Below are positions 26,586 through 36,193 of a stretch of 42,183 nt of DNA, in pieces (the stretch's first letter is position 1; every line of letters starts with the position of its first letter). This DNA comes from a virus. Lineage: Duplodnaviria; Caudoviricetes. The translations under genes and the position numbers were made by a program. Under the pieces are notes generated by a model. It saw only the letters and a program-made list of their open reading frames with translations, had not been told where the DNA came from and did no database searches. Location of the stretch: IMG/VR virus record IMGVR_UViG_3300046010_010196, positions 1-42,183 of that record. One strand, 5' to 3'.

Positions 26586-28387
26586 TGCTCGAAGCTGTAG
26601 TAGAGTATCCCGGAATCGAATCTATAGAGTCATTCTCTTATAGCATGGGGCACGGTGTTCAGCCGGGTGTCATGAGTCTTACTATTCTTCCTCAAGACAC
26701 GAGCAAGATAAAAGACACCGGGACGCTAGAGCTCAGCTACGGCGGGAAAAAAAGAAAGATGAAGAATGTCCTGTGCGATGCAGCCAGCTTCAGCTTTAAT
26801 TCCGGCGGCGGAACCATCCAGCTGACGCTGAAGGACTACAGGTGGACTTGGGCTTACACGACCATCACCGGGGCTTACAACCTAAGAGACGCTGACGGGT
26901 CCCCGCTGGTTCTGGAAGGTGCAAAGAAGAATGATAATGATGTCCTAGGCAACTCGAAGAGAAGTCTCAAAGAGCTTTGCAAGATATGCCTAGATGCGAT
27001 GGGCGTAGAGGACAAGAAGCAGAACGTAAACGACGTCCCGGACAACATCTATCCTCCTGTAGCTTGGGACAACGAGAATGCGGCCCAAGCACTGCATCAA
27101 CTTATTGAGCAGTTCGACTTTCGACTGGCACCGAGCTGGAATGGTGGTGCTAACCTCGTGAAAGCCGGTGCGGGGAAAAAGCTTCCCGCAAATGCAATTC
27201 AGCTAATTGAGTCAGAGGGGCTTGAGCTCGACCCTCAAGAGCGGCCGGAGTTTATACGGCTGGTAACTAACCCGATTCTGTTTTCTGTAGACTTCGAGCT
27301 TGAGGCTGTCGGAGAGGATACAGACGGAATCGTCAAGCCTCTTGAGGAGTGCTCTTGGTTCACGCCAGATATGTATGACTTCGCAGACGCTCCAGAGGTA
27401 GAGAGCGATATCGAAGACCTCGTCGAATCTCCGGAGGACCTTAAGTACACAATCAACGCACTCGTCAGGAAGACATGCTTCAAGTGGTGGAGAATCAAAC
27501 TCCCCGAGCTCGGGATGAACAACTCGTCTCCTAATAAAGCCCTGAAGAAGTTCGAGAAAGACTACGGCGAGATAAAGTACGTCGAACAGTTTTTACCATT
27601 ATCTGACATCCTCCCTGATATGGAGCTTGATGTAGAGAGAAAGGCGAAAATCCCAAAAAGGGCTTTTGCTTTTGGGCGATACGAAAGAGACGGAGATTTC
27701 GGAGGCCCGTCTCTGCTTGATTCAGAGAAGATTGATTTCGATAACGTAGATTCACCCTCTCCGGGAAAAGAGGAGCAGAGGAAAGTAGTTGTTGCTTTCG
27801 GCATGAACATGGACACCGAAAGAGGGATTGTTGTGTTTGATAGGCCTGTCTATTCTCTTGGAGACGACGGCAAACCAATCTCTGCTGTTTTGTATTTAAG
27901 GGCAGGCTGCTATATCAAAGACATCAAGACCGCGGTCCCGGTAAGATTCGTGAAAGAGAAGAAGGAGAAAGCCGGGAGTGCTGCCAAGTACATGACGATA
28001 AACGTCCAAGAGGCCGACCCTTGGTACTCCGTAACAGGCGCAGACAACGAAGATGAAATAGACGAGATTATCAATCGGTACGGGGAAGAGATATCTGAGA
28101 TGTTTGAACGTCTCGAATCTGAGGTGGCTACTTATATCGGATTGGTCTTCGAGCCTATCGACGGAGCACTTCGCGAAATTAGCTGGACAATCGACGCTGG
28201 CGGTGCTACAACGACCATCGGACGGAACACTGACCGCTCCCGCCGCGGCTCTCTCGGGTACATGAGGCGAACCGCGATTTTCGAGGACAAGATTGCACGG
28301 GCAAAAATAGACAGGCAGGATGCGGTCATGCTCTGGGTTAAAACCAGAGCCGACATCGTCAGGAATAGCATCATTAAGGCTAGATAG
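26585..28387 (+). CDS. Putative tail tip/hub protein
   Basis: Position and size; N-terminal hub-like pattern (LKDYRWTW, VAWDNENAAQAL..L). Confidence 0.55.
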   Translation: MLEAVVEYPGIESIESFSYSMGHGVQPGVMSLTILPQDTSKIKDTGTLELSYGGKKRKMKNVLCDAASFSFNSGGGTIQLTLKDYRWTWAYTTITGAYNLRDADGSPLVLEGAKKNDNDVLGNSKRSLKELCKICLDAMGVEDKKQNVNDVPDNIYPPVAWDNENAAQALHQLIEQFDFRLAPSWNGGANLVKAGAGKKLPANAIQLIESEGLELDPQERPEFIRLVTNPILFSVDFELEAVGEDTDGIVKPLEECSWFTPDMYDFADAPEVESDIEDLVESPEDLKYTINALVRKTCFKWWRIKLPELGMNNSSPNKALKKFEKDYGEIKYVEQFLPLSDILPDMELDVERKAKIPKRAFAFGRYERDGDFGGPSLLDSEKIDFDNVDSPSPGKEEQRKVVVAFGMNMDTERGIVVFDRPVYSLGDDGKPISAVLYLRAGCYIKDIKTAVPVRFVKEKKEKAGSAAKYMTINVQEADPWYSVTGADNEDEIDEIINRYGEEISEMFERLESEVATYIGLVFEPIDGALREISWTIDAGGATTTIGRNTDRSRRGSLGYMRRTAIFEDKIARAKIDRQDAVMLWVKTRADIVRNSIIKAR

Positions 28388-29154
28388 TGTCTCAGAAAAA
28401 CTTAGTACGCAAAAGATTCAAATGCTCAGAGGAGGTTCCTGCCTTTTCTGTCGTTGCGGTAACTGCCGGGACAGGCGACTACCGAATGGGCTTTACCGTG
28501 GCCAAGCCAACCGGAACCGACAACGCATATGCAGGGACCGGGAAGTCTGCCGGAACCGCCGGCTTGCTGACGATGGGAGAGGACTTGATTGTCCGATACA
28601 CCGGAACCATTGCTGAGGGCGACAGATGCCGGCCGAAGCCCGGTGACTGGGTAATGGAAAAAAACAGCAACGGCGGATACGTCTGCATCGGCCTGCACGA
28701 GAAGGATTCTCTGCAGGTTGGCGTATTTCGTCAGGACATACAGAAGGGCGGGCTCCTGATGTTCAAGGCTCCTTCCGGCGGGATACCGGGGCGGGCCGGG
28801 GCGACTATGGGCAAGGCCACCTGCGACATTGTAGAGACAGACTCCGCGGGACAGCTCACGACAACTGCATCAACTTCAGTCATTTACAACTGGGCCCGAT
28901 TCCCTGCCTGCAAGAACGGCGACCGGTACGGAGTTGCCGGCTTGGTGAATTCGGTTTGGATTGTAATCGCCGAGGACTGTACTGACGACGGAAGCACTAG
29001 CCAGCCTCTCGGAATGAGTGCCGAGGGAGGAAGCCTTTCGGACCTAATTAGTTTCACTACAATCGAGCCAATGGAGGTTGGGTTGTACGCCGGGTTTATT
29101 CAGCCGACTACCCCTACAGGCGGGACCGGCGGTGGCGGTTTCGGCGGAATATAA
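28387..29154 (+). CDS. Putative tail tip structural protein
   Basis: Coupled GTG start; EEVPAFSVV N-terminus and PSGGIPGR motif; Gly-rich. Confidence 0.5.
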   Translation: MSQKNLVRKRFKCSEEVPAFSVVAVTAGTGDYRMGFTVAKPTGTDNAYAGTGKSAGTAGLLTMGEDLIVRYTGTIAEGDRCRPKPGDWVMEKNSNGGYVCIGLHEKDSLQVGVFRQDIQKGGLLMFKAPSGGIPGRAGATMGKATCDIVETDSAGQLTTTASTSVIYNWARFPACKNGDRYGVAGLVNSVWIVIAEDCTDDGSTSQPLGMSAEGGSLSDLISFTTIEPMEVGLYAGFIQPTTPTGGTGGGGFGGI

Positions 29155-29179
29155 CAAACAAGAATCGAGGAATGATAAA

Positions 29180-29605
29180 ATGCCAAAGCTTACAAAGTTC
29201 TACTGCTTCCCGGAAAACCTCGCAGAGAAGGTCCATAACCTAGGCTCGGACAGCCTCAAGGTAATTTTGAGCAACACAGCTCCGAATGTTTCAACAAACA
29301 CGGTTAAAGCCGATATCACAGAGCTCTCTACATCTGGAGGCTACACGGCCGGAGGGCAGAGCCTAACTGTTTCGACTTCTGCTCAGACATCGGGGGTCTA
29401 CTATCTAATCACCAACGACCCGGAATGGACAGGCAGCGGCGGAGGGTTCACTTTCCGCTATGCCATCGTATTCAATGACACGCCAACTTCTCCGGCAGAC
29501 CCGCTGATTGGGTACGTGGATTACGGTTACAGCGTGACCATTGCTGCAGGTCAGACCTACAAGTTTGATACAGATGTCAGCTACGGACTTCTCCAGATTT
29601 CATAG
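29180..29605 (+). CDS. Putative virion structural protein
   Basis: HNLGSDSLKV.L, ELSTSGGYTAGG, FRYAIVFNDT, PLIGYVDYG pattern typical of small phage tail proteins. Confidence 0.65.
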   Translation: MPKLTKFYCFPENLAEKVHNLGSDSLKVILSNTAPNVSTNTVKADITELSTSGGYTAGGQSLTVSTSAQTSGVYYLITNDPEWTGSGGGFTFRYAIVFNDTPTSPADPLIGYVDYGYSVTIAAGQTYKFDTDVSYGLLQIS

Positions 29606-29615
29606 GTAATGATAA

Positions 29616-30914
29616 ATGGGTCTCGGGAGGTTTGGGGTCGCTGGTTGCTGTAAGTGCTCTCCGGATACGCCGACTGTTGGCGAGACAGCCGGGCCTTGCG
29701 GTTGGTGTGGATACTACGACCCAGCAGAGTTTGCTCTGCAGTATCCGATACCAGAGGACAAGCTTTGCCAGCGACGTCTTGAAGACTCGTTCTCTACTTC
29801 CAAGGACTATCCGCGGGTTCCGTGGTGGTCCTTTCAAGAGTATTACGTCCCGGGAACTTGGCAGGAGGTGTGGGCAAGAGGAGACTACCAGCACCTGAAT
29901 GATGGGCACTACTGCTACACGGCAAAGGAGCCTTTGAGATATGCACCAATCAATCCGGCACCTTGGCGGACGCACCTAAGCGGGTTGCTGGTCGATTCGC
30001 AGTACGTCGGCCTAAGGCTGCAGAACCTGCCACCTTTCTACGGAAGCTACTCTCCGTTTACATACTCCTACCCAAAGAGGTACGAGAACGGATTGATAAT
30101 AAATTCGCCGACAGACAAGACGGATTTAATCCCTCTCAAACAGTACATGAGCCTAGAGTTCAATACACCAAAGAGGCAGTGGCCCCAGCAGGTAAACTGG
30201 TATCAGCAGGGCAATCCGTTTCCCTGTGTCTTTGAACCATGCGACCCAGTCTGGAATTTTACTGTAGCGACTCAGTGGTCAGAGTTGATTGGGCTTTCAG
30301 GCTGGGGGACTCTTGCATTTGGATGGAACCGCCCCGGCCAGCCCGGTGGCTCTCAGTCTAACTATGGACTGCATATAACATACTTTCAGGTTAGGTCAGA
30401 TGCGATTGTACCGCTGGACACCAGAAGCAATCAGGCACTGTACAGCCTGAAGGAGTATCTGCCTCAAACCCAAAAGCTGACGATGGGGTACTATGTCGGA
30501 CCATCTGGGCAGGGCTTTGGATACGAAGCGGATGGCTACAGGCAGGTGGAGATTCCGTATCAGGAAAACTTTAGCCTGAAGCTGGAGGTTCAGTTCGACG
30601 ACTACCCCGAAGACAACCGGAAGTGCTGGCTCACAGTTAAATTCTTGATGAATGATAATGTTTACTTCACCCAGCAACACCTAATCGCCAAGCCCGGCTG
30701 GAGGCAAACCGGAGCGGCTACTGATGCTCAAGCTTTCATCCAGTCATTCTGCCCCTCTAGGATATCTGCCAGAAACGAAATATCGGGGGCGAACGTAAGC
30801 TCTGGCTCGACTGCTGGATGGGCCTACGAAATACTCGCGCTTTGGTCCGCGAGACAGACTCCCCGCGAATCGTTCTGGATGGACAGCTGGCAAGCGAGGT
30901 TCGATAGGTTATGA
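29616..30914 (+). CDS. Hypothetical protein, candidate receptor-binding protein
   Basis: Cys-rich N-terminus (GCCKC, CGWC); aromatic- and Pro-rich body; end of the tail module. Confidence 0.5.
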   Translation: MGLGRFGVAGCCKCSPDTPTVGETAGPCGWCGYYDPAEFALQYPIPEDKLCQRRLEDSFSTSKDYPRVPWWSFQEYYVPGTWQEVWARGDYQHLNDGHYCYTAKEPLRYAPINPAPWRTHLSGLLVDSQYVGLRLQNLPPFYGSYSPFTYSYPKRYENGLIINSPTDKTDLIPLKQYMSLEFNTPKRQWPQQVNWYQQGNPFPCVFEPCDPVWNFTVATQWSELIGLSGWGTLAFGWNRPGQPGGSQSNYGLHITYFQVRSDAIVPLDTRSNQALYSLKEYLPQTQKLTMGYYVGPSGQGFGYEADGYRQVEIPYQENFSLKLEVQFDDYPEDNRKCWLTVKFLMNDNVYFTQQHLIAKPGWRQTGAATDAQAFIQSFCPSRISARNEISGANVSSGSTAGWAYEILALWSARQTPRESFWMDSWQARFDRL

Positions 30915-31144
30915 GTGTAGAAGCTGACTTGCAGTGCGTGTACCGTGCCCCGGGAATCGGGAAGAAGGAGAGCTGTAACTGCGGAGGGGCCGGGTATTAC
31001 GTCGGAGTCTTTCGCTGCCTGCATCCAGAGCACAAAGACTTCTGCACCCTCTCAAGGTACGACAAGTACCAGCAAGAAAGAATCTGTCAATTCTGCCCAA
31101 AAAGGACAGACGGCCCATTGACCAAAGCAGAGCCCGAGGGATAA
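30911..31144 (+). CDS. Small Cys-rich protein
   Basis: ATGA-coupled; 7 Cys in 77 aa (CVYR, CNC, FRC, FCT, CQFC). Confidence 0.6.
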   Translation: MSVEADLQCVYRAPGIGKKESCNCGGAGYYVGVFRCLHPEHKDFCTLSRYDKYQQERICQFCPKRTDGPLTKAEPEG

Positions 31145-31186
31145 TTCTCCTGCTGTTTGTTATTTCCATTCGCAAGGGAGCTACAG

Positions 31187-31501
31187 ATGAAGTGTGAGAG
31201 TGTTATGGCGAGGGCAAAAAAAGCTTCGGAGGGAAGAGGCTGGCTTAACAAGCTAACGGTCAACCAGACGAAAGAGTTTGAGATGGTGCGAGTTGCCTAT
31301 CACAAGCTAGAGCCAAGCCAGAGGCCAACTCTGGAATCACTGAGAAGCGTTTTGTCCGAAGAATTGGGATTCAAGATTGCGAGAGGTTCATTTAGCTCAT
31401 GGCTCACAGAACAACCAAGCTCCTTAAACGTGCCGTCGACAAAGAACAAGCTCAGCAACAAGAGCACTCGGACGAAAGGGAAGAGCGGCGGGAAAGGGTA
31501 A
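31187..31501 (+). CDS. Hypothetical protein, possibly DNA-binding
   Basis: SD GGGAG before ATG 31187; helical and basic. Confidence 0.5.
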   Translation: MKCESVMARAKKASEGRGWLNKLTVNQTKEFEMVRVAYHKLEPSQRPTLESLRSVLSEELGFKIARGSFSSWLTEQPSSLNVPSTKNKLSNKSTRTKGKSGGKG

Positions 31502-32472
31502 GGCGGGCCGAGGTTCAGTCTCTCCGCAAAGTGATTGAATCTCAGGAGCAGGAGCTTGACCGCTTGAACAAGTCTCTGGACTTGAGCTACCTTCTCAAGG
31601 ACAACGCGAAGGCTCACAAGCCTTTATCTGTCAGCAACTCCAAAGCAAACTCCGCGGTACCGATTTTCATTTGGTCTGACTGGCATGTCGAAGAGTATGT
31701 AGACCAGAGAAAGACTCTAGGGAAGAATGAGTTTGACTTAGAGATATGCGAGAAGCGGGTGAACACCTGCGTCCGCTCAACGGTAAAGATGATTCGTCAT
31801 ATCCGAGAATCGTCTAGGGTCGACAGTGTGTTTCTGTTTCTTGGAGGAGACTTCATCACTGGAGACATCCATCAAGAGCTGGTCGAGACGAATTGCTTGG
31901 GCCCGGCCGAGGCGACTGTGTTTGCTCGGAAGCTGATAGCCTCAGGGCTCGCGACCATTGCAGAGGAGTCTTACCTGAAGAAGATTCGAGTTGCCTGTGC
32001 TGTCGGCAACCACGGGCGAACCACAAAGAAGATGCAGTTCAAGAACGGCACCGAGAAGTCTTTCGAGACCATCATCTACGCCGAGCTTGCCGCGGAGTTC
32101 AACTCCCCTCGATTTCAGTGGGAGATAAGCAAGGGTGGAGTTGGGATGAGCTGGCTGGCCGAAGGATTCGGGGTGAGGACTGCTCACGGCCACCAGATTC
32201 GATATGCAGGCGGGATTGGAGGATTGACAATCCCTCTAACCAAGTGGATTCACCGGCAGGACCAAACGATTCAGGCCGGCTTCAATTTGATTGGCCACCA
32301 CCACCAGTACGGGTTGCCTACTGGCCGATGCTTGGGCAACGGAAGTTTAATCGGTTGGACCGAGTACGCTGCTGAGCATGGGTTCTCTTACGAACCGCCG
32401 CAGCAAGCCGGCTGTATTTACGACGTCACTAGAAATCGTGTCACAGGTGTCTTTCCAGTTTTTTGTGAGTAA
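31399..32472 (+). CDS. Calcineurin-like metallophosphoesterase
   Basis: Five motifs: SDWH, GGD.I.GDIH, GNHGR, HGH, GHHH; N-terminal coiled coil. Confidence 0.88.
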   Translation: MAHRTTKLLKRAVDKEQAQQQEHSDEREERRERVRRAEVQSLRKVIESQEQELDRLNKSLDLSYLLKDNAKAHKPLSVSNSKANSAVPIFIWSDWHVEEYVDQRKTLGKNEFDLEICEKRVNTCVRSTVKMIRHIRESSRVDSVFLFLGGDFITGDIHQELVETNCLGPAEATVFARKLIASGLATIAEESYLKKIRVACAVGNHGRTTKKMQFKNGTEKSFETIIYAELAAEFNSPRFQWEISKGGVGMSWLAEGFGVRTAHGHQIRYAGGIGGLTIPLTKWIHRQDQTIQAGFNLIGHHHQYGLPTGRCLGNGSLIGWTEYAAEHGFSYEPPQQAGCIYDVTRNRVTGVFPVFCE

Positions 32473-32483
32473 GGGACGAGAAG

Positions 32484-32825
32484 ATGACTACTCCTGAACG
32501 AGTGCTGAAGATGATTGAAGAGTGGGCACGAGAATCTCACCGGAACCGGCCTGATAAGGCTTGGACTTCTAGCGAGATACTTGAGAAGGTGCTTGCGGCT
32601 AAAGAGAAGTGTGACTGGGAGTTGTGGCGGTGCGAGACAAAGAAGATGAGCCGGACCCGGGAAACTACGGACCGACATCCAAGCGACCCGACACCAGAGC
32701 AGATTCTTGAGATGTGCAAGGAGCTCCGGGCAAAGCGGACCGCTAAACAGTCCGAGACCTCTGCATCATCCGGGGTCTCTGGAATCCGCGTGATTTCGGG
32801 GCTGGCCGGGTATGTCGTGAAATAA
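32484..32825 (+). CDS. Hypothetical protein
   Basis: ORF following the phosphoesterase; DPTPEQI...C.ELR motif. Confidence 0.55.
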   Translation: MTTPERVLKMIEEWARESHRNRPDKAWTSSEILEKVLAAKEKCDWELWRCETKKMSRTRETTDRHPSDPTPEQILEMCKELRAKRTAKQSETSASSGVSGIRVISGLAGYVVK

Positions 32826-32859
32826 TCCAGAAAGTTTCCAGATTTCTGGCAACAAAGGA

Positions 32860-32887
32860 TTGTCATTGACGTATACCTACCTATGAT
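32860..32887 (+). promoter_or_regulatory. Putative sigma70-like early promoter
   Basis: TTGTCA-16 nt-TATGAT in a 100 bp AT-rich gap; inverted repeat CCAGAAA/TTTCTGG at 32827-32849; GGAGG SD downstream. Confidence 0.5.
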
Positions 32888-32925
32888 GACTTGTGAGTGA
32901 TGTTTAACTTCTGGAGGGAATTAAG

Positions 32926-33234
32926 ATGTTTGACTTGTCTACCTTGAAGAGCTTGAATGAGACTGCGGCTGCTAAGCCGGCTTCTGTTGCGACTGTTGGC
33001 GTGAGTGCTCACTGCGGGCATCTTGCTGACGGCTCCGGAATTCAGAAGCACAGCTGTGACAGTCTCTACCCCATGACGGTCCGAGCGATTGGACGCGATG
33101 GCGAGATTTATTTGCAGGCTTTCGACGCGGTATCAGGATGGGCCGGTGCTCTCTACAGCACTGCAGGCGGATGGAGCGAGGCCCACACAAAGGCGATGGC
33201 CGATTGTGAAGTGGCATCCTGCTGGCGTCGATAG
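32926..33234 (+). CDS. Hypothetical protein
   Basis: Strong SD GGAGG; lies between a promoter-like and a terminator-like element. Confidence 0.6.
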   Translation: MFDLSTLKSLNETAAAKPASVATVGVSAHCGHLADGSGIQKHSCDSLYPMTVRAIGRDGEIYLQAFDAVSGWAGALYSTAGGWSEAHTKAMADCEVASCWRR

Positions 33235-33246
33235 TCCTGTTTTTTC

Positions 33247-33308
33247 CGGGAGAGGCTTGGACGAAGGCCACGGCGGGCCGCTTATCGTTCTGAGCCTCTC
33301 CCGTTTTT
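33247..33308 (+). terminator. Long hairpin terminator
   Basis: CGGGAGAGGCT / AGCCTCTCCCG perfect 11 bp stem, inner GGACGA/TCGTTC pairing, then TTTTT. Confidence 0.7.
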
Positions 33309-33312
33309 CATT

Positions 33313-34086
33313 GTGAGGGAAGATATGAAGCTACAGATTCTTAGCTCTAGTGAGGCTAGAGAATTCTCCGAGACGGAGAAGATTGTGGAGCAGCATTCAA
33401 AGCTGAAGGGAAGGGAGAGCCAGTGGACTCTATGGAGGGCACTTAGCCAGATACGTTCTGGCCGTCTGTACAGAGAAAAGCACTCAAGCTTCCACGCCTA
33501 TCTCCGGTCAAAGGGGATTGAGCAGTCTAAGGTCAGCCGCGGATTGAATGCCTTGTTGGTCAAGGATGCAATCGAGGAGCGGCTCTGGCTCTACAACAGA
33601 GAATCGGTTCGAATGATAATGACCGAGAACCACCTGCGAGAGCTGGTTGGGCTGGACCCAGATACACTTCCCGAGGTTGTCCGGATTGCTGGAGAGCTTG
33701 CCGGAGAGAAGCAGATAACATCGCGGCATCTGAAATCGGCTAGGACGAAGCTGTCTATTCCGAAAGCTGTTCGGCGTCTTCAGCTCAGGGTCGACGAGAA
33801 TGGGGACAACGTCCCGGGCGTTATGTCCGATTCTTACTCTGCGAGGTACGCTCTGTGCGAGCTGTCGGAGAAGCTCAAGGCCGTGGCTGAGGAGCTCAAG
33901 GCTATCGCAGCGAAACCCGGCGGGCAGTATGTACCGCTGAACGAAATTCTCTTAGGGCTGGGCAGTATCAGCCGAGCAATCGTCCTTTCTGGCTTTGGCG
34001 TAACCTGTCAAGAATGCTCTGGGGTTGGGTGCAGCTCGTGCCGCAACACTGGATTTCACCCCAAGAGAAAATTAAGGAGCGAATGA
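33313..34086 (+). CDS. Hypothetical DNA-binding protein with a C-terminal Zn finger
   Basis: RLYRE.HSSF.AY motif, TENHLREL, C-terminal CQECSGVGCSSCRNTG; start may be ATG 33325. Confidence 0.6.
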   Translation: MREDMKLQILSSSEAREFSETEKIVEQHSKLKGRESQWTLWRALSQIRSGRLYREKHSSFHAYLRSKGIEQSKVSRGLNALLVKDAIEERLWLYNRESVRMIMTENHLRELVGLDPDTLPEVVRIAGELAGEKQITSRHLKSARTKLSIPKAVRRLQLRVDENGDNVPGVMSDSYSARYALCELSEKLKAVAEELKAIAAKPGGQYVPLNEILLGLGSISRAIVLSGFGVTCQECSGVGCSSCRNTGFHPKRKLRSE

Positions 34087-35810
34087 TAATGTACCTATTC
34101 GACATGGGAGAGCAGGAGTATCAGATAAAGAAGCATGACCTAAAGTACAGGTCATACCAGCTCGAAGCTATCCGTTCTGTGTTCGAAGAGTGGAAGACTT
34201 ACAGCTCTACTCTAGTAGTCTCTGCGACCGGCACCGGGAAGTCTGTAATCTTCAGCGGGGTAATGGAGCGGTTCGAAGGGCCGGGGCGGTTTCTGGTTCT
34301 CGCACACCGGGAAGAGCTTATTCGTCAGGCGGTTCAACACGCGGCTAACGCCGGGCTGTCTGCTTCGATGGAGATGGCCGGATTCCGTGCGGGCAAAGAA
34401 GACGTCGTGGTCTCTACGATACAGACTCAGGCATCGTACTCGAACTGCCGAGAGTGCATGAACAAACCGCACTTGTCGGAGACCTGCACGAACTGCGGAG
34501 CGACCGGGAAAGTTCGACGATTCACGAACTTTAACCCAAAGGACTTCGGATTGATAATCATCGACGAGGCCCACCACGCCACAGCCGATAGTTATCGAGT
34601 TGTGCTTGAGTGGTACAAGAAGAATCCAAAGCTCAAGGTCTTGCTCGTCACGGCGACTCCAAAGAGGTCTGACGATGTAGGGCTGCACAATGTTTGCGAG
34701 TCCGTCGCATTCGAGTACGACATGGTCGAGGCTATCGCTGACGGGTATCTTGTTCCAGTTCGCCAAAAGTTTGTTGAGGTCTCCGGCCTTGACCTGAGTG
34801 CGGTAAAGACTCAGAGCGGAGATTTGAGCACTGGAGGTGTCGAGAGAGCTTTTATATCCTCTTCTGTCGACGAAGAGTACATGCTTCACCAGATTGCAAA
34901 GCCAACGGTGGTAGAGTCCGCCGGCCGGCCTACTATTCTGTTTGCTCCCGGGCAGGAGTATGCGAAGAAGATAACAGCGGCATTCAATGCGTATGAAGGG
35001 GTGACCGCGGAGTGTATCGTTGACTCTACCCCGCGCGAGGCTCGCCGTGAGATTATCAATCGCTATAAGACTGGGCAGACTCAGATACTCGTGAATTGTA
35101 TGGTATTCACCGAGGGTTTTGACGCCCCGAATACTGCCGTGGTCGCGAATTGCCGGCCGACTAAAAGCGAGTCCCTGTATCGGCAGATGATTGGGCGAGG
35201 GACTAGACCTCTTCCCGGGCTGGTCGATTCATACGAGACAGCAGAGGAGCGGAGAGAGGCTATAAGCTCAAGCAAGAAACCTCACTGTACGGTTCTGGAC
35301 TTCGTCGGGAACTCTGGCCGGCACAAGCTGGTATCTGTCGCGAATGTTTTGTGCGGTGACGAGATTGACCCGGTCGACTTGGAAGCGGCCTTGAAGTACG
35401 CTCGCAAGAAGCAGGAAGCTCTGGACATGCAGGCCGTGCTTGAAGAGCTTAAGAAGAAGCGAATGGAGCGAGAGGAGAAGCGGAAGGCTTCCGCTCGAAT
35501 TGTCGCACAGACCAAGACTTTCGCAGAGAATGCTAGGTACACAGCGACCGATGTCGATTTATTTTCTGGGGAAAAGTCATCCGGACCACTTGCCCCGGCG
35601 ATTAGGTTGGATAGTATTACAAAGGCACAGCTTATTTTCATTACCAAGAACATGGGCTGGCCTAGTGAGAGGGCTTCCCGATTGAGCAAGAAGGCTGCAG
35701 GCCGAATCATCGGGGAGTGGATTGAAGGGAAGAAGAAGCCAGCGGCTCGAAAGAAGCCTGAGGCGACTAACTTGTTTGATGACATCAACGCAAAATTGAG
35801 GGAGTTCTAA
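34083..35810 (+). CDS. SF2 (DEAH) helicase
   Basis: RSYQ Q-motif, ATGTGKS, LAHREELI, DEAHH, TATP.RSD, TEGFD.P, QMIGRGTR, LDFVGN. Confidence 0.93.
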   Translation: MIMYLFDMGEQEYQIKKHDLKYRSYQLEAIRSVFEEWKTYSSTLVVSATGTGKSVIFSGVMERFEGPGRFLVLAHREELIRQAVQHAANAGLSASMEMAGFRAGKEDVVVSTIQTQASYSNCRECMNKPHLSETCTNCGATGKVRRFTNFNPKDFGLIIIDEAHHATADSYRVVLEWYKKNPKLKVLLVTATPKRSDDVGLHNVCESVAFEYDMVEAIADGYLVPVRQKFVEVSGLDLSAVKTQSGDLSTGGVERAFISSSVDEEYMLHQIAKPTVVESAGRPTILFAPGQEYAKKITAAFNAYEGVTAECIVDSTPREARREIINRYKTGQTQILVNCMVFTEGFDAPNTAVVANCRPTKSESLYRQMIGRGTRPLPGLVDSYETAEERREAISSSKKPHCTVLDFVGNSGRHKLVSVANVLCGDEIDPVDLEAALKYARKKQEALDMQAVLEELKKKRMEREEKRKASARIVAQTKTFAENARYTATDVDLFSGEKSSGPLAPAIRLDSITKAQLIFITKNMGWPSERASRLSKKAAGRIIGEWIEGKKKPAARKKPEATNLFDDINAKLREF

Positions 35811-36193
35811 TGAACACGATGGAAGTGTCTGACGCGAGCTACAGGGATATCTGCTTGCTGGTTTTAGGGATGGCACTCGGAGGGGAGAAGCAGCTTGTCT
35901 GCAGTTCTACTGACGAATCGGACTATCCAGCCGTTCTCATGCCGCTCTTTACGTCAATCAAGTCCGGGAACACCCGGCCTTTTGTTTCTTGGTTGGGAGA
36001 GAGAGGGGTTTCTGTAGAGAACGGAAAAAGTATCAAGCAGTCTTTGGTCGAGAAAGTTGTTTCGGTCAGGAACAAGGCCTTGGTTCAGCAGATGGCGATG
36101 GAGCTGAAGCTGTTGAGCAAGACCGAGACTCCGGCCGAGTTTGTGAGTGCTATGAGTGAAATGCTAAAGAGGCTTCAAAGGGAGGTATCATGA
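35810..36193 (+). CDS. Hypothetical protein
   Basis: Stop-start coupled to the helicase. Confidence 0.6.
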   Translation: MNTMEVSDASYRDICLLVLGMALGGEKQLVCSSTDESDYPAVLMPLFTSIKSGNTRPFVSWLGERGVSVENGKSIKQSLVEKVVSVRNKALVQQMAMELKLLSKTETPAEFVSAMSEMLKRLQREVS

